Assembly (NCBI GenBank): GCA_963775755.1
Contig: CAVZKB010000001.1
Coordinates: 80,011 to 144,010, forward strand
Length of the DNA stretch: 64,000 nt
Source of the DNA: an uncultured Actinomycetes bacterium
GTDB lineage: Bacteria; Actinomycetota; UBA4738; HRBIN12
Direction: 5' to 3'
Shown: piece after piece, positions 57,543-64,000 of the stretch
Position numbering within the stretch: position 1 is the stretch's first letter
Layout of the letters: each line of letters starts with the position of its first letter
Translations under genes and position numbers: made by a program
The notes under the pieces: model-generated
What the model was told of the DNA's origin: nothing
Seen by the model: only the letters and a program-made list of their open reading frames with translations
Databases searched by the model: none

Positions 57543-58000
57543 ATGAGCGCTCGACGCCGGCTCGCCACGTTGGGCGTCGCCGTCGGCGGCGTGCTCGCGG
57601 GTCATTGGCTCACGTACCTCGCGGTGGCGCCGGTCGCGGGCTCGCGCGCGGCCATCCTGCGCCAGACGGGACACGCGTACCTCGGGCTCGCCAACGACCT
57701 GGCGCTCGTCGCCGCACTCGCAGCGATGGCCACCATGTTCATCGGGCAGCTGACCGACCCGGAGCCGACCGGGCAGCTCCGAGGGCTCACGGCGCGGGTC
57801 GTTCGGTTCCAGGTGATCGCGTTCGTCCTCCTGGAGGTGCTCGAGCGCGTGACGGCGGGATCCCCGCTCGCCGGGTTGATCCACACGGGCATCCTGCCCG
57901 TCGGCATCGCCGCGCAGATCGCGATCGGATATCTCGCCGCGCGTGCGATCCGGTGGCTCCTGCGAACGGCCGATCGCGTGGCCGCAACCTTCGGACGCGC
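57543..58000 (+). CDS. hypothetical 4-TM membrane protein; 3' end undefined (frame reads through into next gene without a stop)
   Basis: MSARRRLATLGVAVGGVLAGHWL… four hydrophobic helices, then Arg/Pro-rich low-complexity translation. Confidence 0.35.
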
Positions 58001-58175
58001 CGGCATCGCTCCCCGCCGTGACGTGCCCCGCACGCTCCTGCCGGAGCCGGTCTTCCGGTCCCGGCCGTGCGTCACCTCTCCGCGGCGGGCGTCCGCGGTC
58101 CACCCTCCTCCGTCTGATCGACGCACGTTCGCGCTTCGATGCGCGACCATCAGACGAATGGAAGGAGATCTATCC

Positions 58176-58860
58176 GTGCGTATCCGCGCGAAACTCGTCG
58201 CCGCTGCCATCCTCGCGGTCGCCGTGCTCCTGTTCCTCCCGGGGGTCGCTTCGGCCCACGAAGAGAAGGAGGTCGGCCCGTATCTGCTGGAGGTCGGCTT
58301 CGGCACCGAACCCGCGCGTATGTCGGGCAGCCGAACAGCGTGCAGCTGCATCCTGAGCAACGACGACAAGCCCGTCGTCGATCTCGGCGACACGCTGAAG
58401 GTGGTGGTCGAATTCGGCGAGCACGTGACGAGCGATCCCGATGGCGCTGGAGCCGTTCTTCGAGATCGGAGAGATCGGGATCCCCGGCGACTACCGGGCG
58501 TTCTTCGTCCCCTCCCAGGCCGGGTGACTACACGTTCCACATCACCGGAACGATCCACGGAACGAAGGTCGACGAGTCATTCACGTCCGGCCCGAAGACG
58601 TTCGCGACGGTCGAGGACATCTCGTGCGTGACGTTCCCGCAGGTCCAGGCGTCCCACGAACGCGGATCTCGCGTCGCGCATCCAGACAGAGTCGGATAGG
58701 ACCTCGTCGGCACTCGCCGACGCGACCACTGCGGGGACGGACGGCGAGCGCCGCCGCCAACAGCGCGAACGACTCCGCCGACAGCGCGAAGATGGTGGGC
58801 ATCATCGGCATCGTCGTGGGCGCGATCGGGCTTGACCGTCGCCGTCGTCGCCCTCTCCGC
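58176..58860 (+). pseudogene. YcnI-like (DUF1775-type) secreted copper-binding protein with N-terminal His after signal peptide, disrupted by at least two or three frameshifts
   Basis: GGAAGGAG RBS + GTG 58176; signal peptide …FLPGVASA|HEEKEVGPYLLEVGFGTEP…; protein-like segments continue in three different frames (…ILSNDDKPVVDLGDTLKVVVEFGEHVTSDP / MALEPFFEIGEIGIPGDYRAFFVPSQAG / DYTFHITGTIHGTKVDESFTSGPKTFATVED / MVGIIGIVVGAIGL anchor). Confidence 0.4.
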
Positions 58861-58886
58861 CAGCGAGGAAGAAGGCGTAAGCGCAG

Positions 58887-59453
58887 GTGCTGGCACACGG
58901 GGGAACCCCGGACGAACAGGTCGCGTTGATCACGGTCGTCTCGGGCCTGTGGATCGGATGGGCGGGCGTGTCGCGCATCCGGGACAAGGGGTTCCCCCGT
59001 CTGCCGATCATCGGGGCGTGGAGCCTGGCCGTCATCGGAGGGGTGGTCGTCATCGCGGGCCTCACGCTCCCCCGGCAGTTCATGCGACCCAACGCCACCC
59101 CGACCGCATCCCCGACGGGGGCACGTATCGCTTCGACCGCCACGCTCGCGATCGACCGACCCACGGCGGGGCAGACGGTGTCGGGCACGCAGGTGGAAGT
59201 GGTGATGACGCTCGCCGGCGGCCACATCGTGGACTCGGCCAGCACGACGCTCACGCCGGACACCGGGCACATCCACCTCTCGCTCGACGGGAAGCTCGTC
59301 TCGATGACGTACGGCCTGGTCCAGCTCGTGGACCTGAGCGGTCTCTCACCGGGCGAGCACACGCTCGAAGCGGAGTTCGTCGCGGCCGATCACAGCCCCT
59401 TCGACCCACGGGTGGTCGCGCAGACCACGTTCACGGTCGGGGGCGGGACGTGA
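58887..59453 (+). CDS. 2-TM membrane protein with periplasmic His-rich domain (HxH…DH…FDP), candidate metal-binding
   Basis: …TPDTGHIHLSLDGKLVSMT…EHTLEAEFVAADHSPFDPRVV…; paralogous to 61432..61884. Confidence 0.5.
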   Translation: MLAHGGTPDEQVALITVVSGLWIGWAGVSRIRDKGFPRLPIIGAWSLAVIGGVVVIAGLTLPRQFMRPNATPTASPTGARIASTATLAIDRPTAGQTVSGTQVEVVMTLAGGHIVDSASTTLTPDTGHIHLSLDGKLVSMTYGLVQLVDLSGLSPGEHTLEAEFVAADHSPFDPRVVAQTTFTVGGGT

Positions 59454-61420
59454 GCCGCCTGGCGCGGTCCCTGCTGGCCCTCGGCATCGCCGGATCGTTC
59501 ACGCTCGCGCTCGCGTGGCCGGCGGGGGCCCACGCGAACCTCGCCGGCTCGGATCCCGCCGCGAGCGCCCTGCTCGACAAGGCTCCCGCCGCAGTTACGA
59601 TGACGTTCACCGAGCCGCCCGACCCGAAGCTGTCCATCGTCCATGTGCTGGACGTGAACGGCACTCCGGTGGAAGCGGGACCGGTCGATGCCGTAGCGGG
59701 GCAGAGCGACGAGCTCGCCATCGCGCTTCCCGATGATCTGCCCGACGGCGTGTACACGGTCAGCTGGCGGGTCGTGTCCGAGGCGGACGGGCACGAGACC
59801 GCCGGGGCCTTCAGCTTCGGCGTCAACGTCGCGGTCGGGACGGCAGTCGTCCCGAGCATCCCGGTTCCGGTAACCCCGTCGCCGTCCGTCGCGAGCGTGG
59901 CGAGCAAGTTCTTGCTCTACGCCGGGCTCGTCGTGCTGTTCGCGACGGGGGTCGTGGGGATCCTCGCCTTCGGCGGGAACGTACCCGCCCGGCGGCCGGT
60001 GCTGCTGACCGGAGCCGCCGCCGGTGCGGTCGGCGCCGTGGGGATGCTCGTGTCGGAGCGAGCGGCGTTGGGCGTGTCGATGGGTGACCTGCTGTCGTCG
60101 TCGACGGGAGCGGACTTCCTCTGGTTGCTGGGCGGGGTCGCGTTCGCCGTGGTCGCCGCCGTCGATGCATCGAGGAGGTCGGGGCGAACCCCGCTCGTCG
60201 TGGCCGGGGTCGCCGCGGCGTCGGCCATGCTCATCCGCGCCATCGGAGGTCACGCCGCCGCCGCGGCGACCCCGACGCTCCAGATCGGTCTGCAGTGGTT
60301 CCACTTCATGGCCGCGAGCGTGTGGATCGGCGGCTTGTTGCTCGCGTTCCTGGCGCTACGCGCGCGCCGTGAAGCCCAAGACGACGCTCAGATCGCGGAG
60401 ATCCGCCGCTACTCCTCCCTGGCGGGGTACGCGCTCGCCGTCGTCCTCGTCACCGGTGTGCTCCGCGCGACGGAAGAGGTCGGCGGTCTCTCCAAGCTGC
60501 TGCATCTCTTCCGCGGTTCGTACGCCAGCACGCTGGACCTCAAGGTTGCGGTGGTACTGGTGCTGATCGCACTGGGCGGGTTCAACCGCTACCGCTCGAT
60601 CCCGCGGATGGGCACGCGTCCGGGGATGCTCCGGCGGGTGATGACGATCGAGCTGGTGGGCGCCTTGGGGGTCTTCGGGCTCACCGGCACGCTGACCGGC
60701 CTCCAACCCCGGCCACCCGTCACGCCCCCGGCCCAGAAAGCCCCGAGCGTCACGCTCCGCGGCAGCGATTTCGCCACGACGATGAAGATCACGTTGGCCG
60801 TCTCGCCCGGTGCGGCCGGTCCGAACAGGTTCGACGCCGACGTCACCGATTTCGACTCCGGCGCTCCCCTGGATGCCACCGATGTGTCGCTCCGGTTCGA
60901 GCCCGTCGGGCAACCGGGCGTGGGCGCCAGCACGCTCGACCTGACGCACCACGGCGATCGCTGGACGGCGAGCGGCGGCCAGGTCTCGATCGCGGGGGTG
61001 TGGACGATCACGGCGGTCGTCCAGACCGCATCGTCGGGTACCGAGATCCCGATGACGCTCGTGACGTCCCTCCTCGACCAGCAGGTGACGGTCTCGACCG
61101 CCGCCGGGCAGCCGGACATCGACACGTTCGCCTTCCCGGACGGCGAGCAGATCCAGATGTACAACGACCCGGGAACCCCGGGAACGGACGAGCTGCACCT
61201 GACGGCGTTCGACACGGACGGGACCGAACTGCCGCTCGCCCGCGCCACCATGATCGCCGTGGCGCCCGACGGGGTGACATCGTCGCTGCAAACGCGGCGA
61301 TTCTCCGCCGGCCATTTCGTGGGCGACGTCACGCTCACGACCGGGAGATGGACGTTCTTCGTGCAGGTGACCGCCCGCGACGGGCGCGTCCTCGTAGCAT
61401 CCTTCGAGCAGACGATCTGA
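59450..61420 (+). CDS. CopC-CopD fusion copper resistance/uptake protein (YcnJ-like) with C-terminal periplasmic domain
   Basis: signal peptide + CopC (…AGAHANLAGSDPA…YTVSWRVVSEADGHETAGAFSFGV), 8-TM CopD region, GTGA coupling to upstream gene. Confidence 0.8.
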   Translation: MSRLARSLLALGIAGSFTLALAWPAGAHANLAGSDPAASALLDKAPAAVTMTFTEPPDPKLSIVHVLDVNGTPVEAGPVDAVAGQSDELAIALPDDLPDGVYTVSWRVVSEADGHETAGAFSFGVNVAVGTAVVPSIPVPVTPSPSVASVASKFLLYAGLVVLFATGVVGILAFGGNVPARRPVLLTGAAAGAVGAVGMLVSERAALGVSMGDLLSSSTGADFLWLLGGVAFAVVAAVDASRRSGRTPLVVAGVAAASAMLIRAIGGHAAAAATPTLQIGLQWFHFMAASVWIGGLLLAFLALRARREAQDDAQIAEIRRYSSLAGYALAVVLVTGVLRATEEVGGLSKLLHLFRGSYASTLDLKVAVVLVLIALGGFNRYRSIPRMGTRPGMLRRVMTIELVGALGVFGLTGTLTGLQPRPPVTPPAQKAPSVTLRGSDFATTMKITLAVSPGAAGPNRFDADVTDFDSGAPLDATDVSLRFEPVGQPGVGASTLDLTHHGDRWTASGGQVSIAGVWTITAVVQTASSGTEIPMTLVTSLLDQQVTVSTAAGQPDIDTFAFPDGEQIQMYNDPGTPGTDELHLTAFDTDGTELPLARATMIAVAPDGVTSSLQTRRFSAGHFVGDVTLTTGRWTFFVQVTARDGRVLVASFEQTI

Positions 61421-61431
61421 CGGGAGCGCGG

Positions 61432-61884
61432 ATGAGAGACCGGTGCACGCGTGGAGCCCTCGTCGGGGCCGCGGTGCTGGTGTTCGCTCTCGGGGCGTGC
61501 GGGGGCGGCGGAGGCGAGTCCCCGGGCCCGAGCCCCAGCTCCCCTACCCCGACCGTCAGCGCCGACCGGCCCGCCAGCCCCGCGAAGCTAACGGTCATCT
61601 CGCCGAAGAACGGGCAGGTGGTCCAAGGAACCACGGTCGAGATGAAGGTGTTGCTCAAGGACGCGAAGCTCGTTCCCGCGACGAGCTCGACCATCGTTCC
61701 CGACGAGGGCCACCTCCATGTCATCCTGGACGATCAACTGATCTCGATGACGGGAGATACTTCGCAACTGCTCTCGAACCTGACGCCCGGGCAGCACCTG
61801 CTGAAGGTGGAGTTCGTCGCGTCCGATCACGCGCCGTTCGATCCGCGGGTCATCGCGGCGGTCGCGTTCGAGGTTCAGGCGTGA
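61432..61884 (+). CDS. lipoprotein with His-rich periplasmic domain paralogous to 58887..59453
   Basis: lipobox LGACGGG; …PDEGHLHVILDDQLISMT…QHLLKVEFVASDHAPFDPRVI…. Confidence 0.6.
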   Translation: MRDRCTRGALVGAAVLVFALGACGGGGGESPGPSPSSPTPTVSADRPASPAKLTVISPKNGQVVQGTTVEMKVLLKDAKLVPATSSTIVPDEGHLHVILDDQLISMTGDTSQLLSNLTPGQHLLKVEFVASDHAPFDPRVIAAVAFEVQA

Positions 61885-62456
61885 ACGGCGCCGTCCCCGC
61901 GCAGACGCGAACCCACACCCCGTCTACGGTCGCGCTCCCCGTCGTGGTTGCGGTCGCGACGCTGCTGCTCCGCCCCCGGATCCTTCAGACGCCGGACGCG
62001 ACCCGGATCGCGCTCCTCGCCGTGGTCTTCGCGGCGATCCTCGTGACCTCGCTCCTCGTGCCGGTGACGCGCGACATCGCCCGCATCCACCCCGTGACCG
62101 TGGCCGTCGTCGGCCTGGCGGGCGTCGGTCTGGCCGCCCTCGCCGCCGGACGACCCGTCGCCGCGCCGCTCGGCTCGTCGGCGCTCCCCCTCGCGCTCCT
62201 CGCGGCCGTCGCCGAGGAAGCGTTGTTCCGCCGGGCCGCCTACGGATGGCTCGCACGCTCCGGACCGGCGATCGCCGTCGTTGGTTCCGCGCTGCTGTTC
62301 GCCGCGATCCACCTGCCGCTCTACGGAGCCCCGGCGTTCCCGGTCGACCTCGGCGCGGGCTTGCTGCTGTCGTGGCAGCGATGGGCATCCGGAACCTGGA
62401 CCGTGCCCGCGGCGACCCACGGCGCGGCGAACGTGCTGGCGGTGATCCTGCGATGA
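61881..62456 (+). CDS. CPBP-family (CAAX-type) intramembrane metalloprotease
   Basis: EExxxR (AEEALFRRAAY), FxxxH (FAAIHLP), HxxxN (HGAAN) motifs; GTGA coupling. Confidence 0.7.
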   Translation: MNGAVPAQTRTHTPSTVALPVVVAVATLLLRPRILQTPDATRIALLAVVFAAILVTSLLVPVTRDIARIHPVTVAVVGLAGVGLAALAAGRPVAAPLGSSALPLALLAAVAEEALFRRAAYGWLARSGPAIAVVGSALLFAAIHLPLYGAPAFPVDLGAGLLLSWQRWASGTWTVPAATHGAANVLAVILR

Positions 62457-63709
62457 CCAGGAAGCTCGCGGTCTTCGCGTTCTGCACGGCGCTCGTGGCC
62501 GTCGGCTGCACCCGCACCGGCGCTCCCGACGGCATCCGGGTCGGGGCGATCTATCCGCTGTCGGGCTCGCAGGGACCCGGCGGCATCGACGAGCACCGCG
62601 GCATCATGCTGGCCGCCGATCTCGCGAACGAGGACGGCGGCGTCGACGGCCGGACGATCCGGATCGAATCGGTCGATACACCCGGCTCCGACGCGGCGGC
62701 GGCGGCCGTCGACCAGCTCCACGCGGACGGCATCGACCTGGTGCTCGGCAGCTACGGCAGCACGATCTCGGGGCCGGCGTCGGCCGAGGCCGCGTCGAAC
62801 GGCATGCTGTTCTGGGAGACCGGGGCGGTCGGGATGCTTCCCCCCGATTCGGACCGCGGCGGCCTGACGTTCCGCGTCCCGCCCACCGGCGAGGTGCTGG
62901 GCCGCGCGGCGATCGCGTACATCGCCGATCAGGTGGCACCGGAGCGGCACCGCGACCCGGCCTCCCTGCGTTTCGCCGTCTCCTTCGTCGACGACGCGTA
63001 CGGCCGCTCCGTCGCGTCGGGCGCCGAGGCCGAGCTGCGGGCTCGCGGGCTGCACGACGTCGGCGACTTCGGCTACGACTTCCGCACGGTCGACATGGCG
63101 AAGTTCGTCCATCGGATCGCCGCCGCGAGGCCCGATGTGCTGTTCGTGTCGGCCTACCTCGACGACGCCATCTCGCTGCGCAGGCAATTGGTCGCGCAAC
63201 ACGTCGAGCTGCTGGCGAACATCGGCACTTCGTCGAGCTACTGCATGCCCGCGTTCGGTTCGACGTTGGGCGAGGACGCGGTAGGCGTGTACGCGTCGGA
63301 CAAGCCGTCGGCCGCGTCGATCAACCCCTCGGGGTTGCGCCCCGATGCTCGCTCGCTGCTGCGACGCGCGAACGACGCCTACCACGCGAAGTGGGACGAG
63401 GACATGAGCCCGGCCGCGCTCGCCGGCTTCTCCGCAGCGTGGGCGTTCTTCACCGACGTCCTGCCGGCCGCGACATCGCTCGCGCCCGCGGACGTCGCCG
63501 CCGCCGCGCGCGGGATCGATCTTCCGCGTGGCAGCCTGCCGAACGGGAGCGGGCTGCGGTTCGGAGCACCCGATACCCCGAACGCCGGCGACAACATCGA
63601 AGCAGCGAGCGTGATCTGGAAGTGGGTGGCGCCCGGAGAGGCCGCCGTCATCTGGCCGCCGGCGTTCGCGACCGACCCCATGGATCCGAGCGCGTCGGAC
63701 GCGTGGTGA
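62453..63709 (+). CDS. ABC transporter substrate-binding lipoprotein (branched-chain amino acid / LivK-like family)
   Basis: lipobox VAVGCT; type I periplasmic binding fold segments (…LVLGSYGSTISGPASAEA…). Confidence 0.7.
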   Translation: MTRKLAVFAFCTALVAVGCTRTGAPDGIRVGAIYPLSGSQGPGGIDEHRGIMLAADLANEDGGVDGRTIRIESVDTPGSDAAAAAVDQLHADGIDLVLGSYGSTISGPASAEAASNGMLFWETGAVGMLPPDSDRGGLTFRVPPTGEVLGRAAIAYIADQVAPERHRDPASLRFAVSFVDDAYGRSVASGAEAELRARGLHDVGDFGYDFRTVDMAKFVHRIAAARPDVLFVSAYLDDAISLRRQLVAQHVELLANIGTSSSYCMPAFGSTLGEDAVGVYASDKPSAASINPSGLRPDARSLLRRANDAYHAKWDEDMSPAALAGFSAAWAFFTDVLPAATSLAPADVAAAARGIDLPRGSLPNGSGLRFGAPDTPNAGDNIEAASVIWKWVAPGEAAVIWPPAFATDPMDPSASDAW

Positions 63710-64000
63710 GCAGGCGCTCGGTCGTCGTCGCCGGCGTGGCGATCGTGACGGCCTATGTCGCGCTCGCCGGGCTGTCCGGACGTCTCACTCCGCTCGCGCG
63801 CGGTCCCCTGCTCGACGGGATCGGGCCGCCGCAGCCCTACCGGTGGGTCAGCCCGCCGCCCGACCTCGCCTCGGGCAACCAGCCGCCCTCCTCGGGCGCC
63901 TTCCACATCCCGCTCGACCCGAAAGGGTCCCGGCCGGAGGTGTTCGTGACCTCCGACAACCAGGTGACCGTTGTCGTGCCGCAGGGTGCGTTCGACGCGG
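63706..64000 (+). CDS. hypothetical membrane-anchored/secreted protein, 3' end beyond window
   Basis: GTG start overlapping upstream stop; TM/signal helix VVVAGVAIVTAYVALAGL. Confidence 0.4.
   Translation, partial: MSRRSVVVAGVAIVTAYVALAGLSGRLTPLARGPLLDGIGPPQPYRWVSPPPDLASGNQPPSSGAFHIPLDPKGSRPEVFVTSDNQVTVVVPQGAFDA

Noticed and set aside
57602-58558. 318-aa minus-strand ORF across the ycnI-like region
   Set aside because: Arg/Ser/Thr-rich antisense artefact; the + strand carries signal peptide, RBS and protein-like segments.
1-64000. CRISPR arrays, tRNA/rRNA genes, integrases, transposases, phage structural genes
   Set aside because: I found no regularly spaced direct repeats, no cloverleaf-like conserved tRNA segments in intergenic regions, and no recombinase-like ORFs. 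The region looks like core chromosome.

Overview
The window is about 70% GC and looks like an Actinomycetota-type chromosome. It is densely coding on both strands; I recognised no rRNA, tRNA, CRISPR array, integrase or transposase. Many of the long ORFs in the supplied track are antisense or out-of-frame artefacts of the high GC content, and several true genes start at internal GTG/ATG codons, often with 4-nt GTGA/ATGA start-stop overlaps. Content by region: (1) 1-9 kb, minus strand: a rhamnose-containing cell-wall polysaccharide cluster with a truncated ABC-2 exporter permease, three GT4 glycosyltransferases, rfbD-rfbB-rfbA, a small coiled-coil ORF and an LCP ligase. (2) 9-21 kb: a pseudo-receiver/degenerate GGDEF protein, UspA, a DoxX protein, a GNAT-acyl-CoA synthetase (NDP-forming) fusion, a GAF histidine kinase - unknown 166-aa protein - NarL regulator operon, a flavodoxin-like protein, aconitase, a thioesterase and a lipoprotein. 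(3) 21.8-25.4 kb: an ArsR + SRPBCC pair with a clear promoter and operator, next to a five-gene sulfur-trafficking operon dsrE-tusA-sqr-tusA-dsrE. (4) 28.9-35.7 kb: a co-directional nurA-herA-sbcD(Mre11)-sbcC(Rad50) cluster that resembles the archaeal end-resection operon. It is followed by a 1078-aa membrane protein with a roughly 600-aa coiled coil and a degenerate histidine-kinase C-terminus. (5) 39-57 kb: acyl-CoA metabolism (ACAD, thiolase, NUDIX, FtsH-like protease, epimerase, frameshifted ccr, pccB-accE, hbd), a Cas4-like Fe-S nuclease divergent from a DUF2087 regulator, an Rpf-like transglycosylase, a GT4-GT2 pair, a secreted EEP nuclease and a VKOR-DUF929 pair. (6) 58-64 kb: a copper-handling locus (frameshifted YcnI-like gene, CopC-CopD fusion, two paralogous His-rich periplasmic proteins, CPBP protease) and an ABC substrate-binding protein. 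Three loci carry frameshifts (ccr, the YcnI-like gene, and possible read-through at 57.5-58.2 kb); these may be real pseudogenes or indel errors in the assembly.
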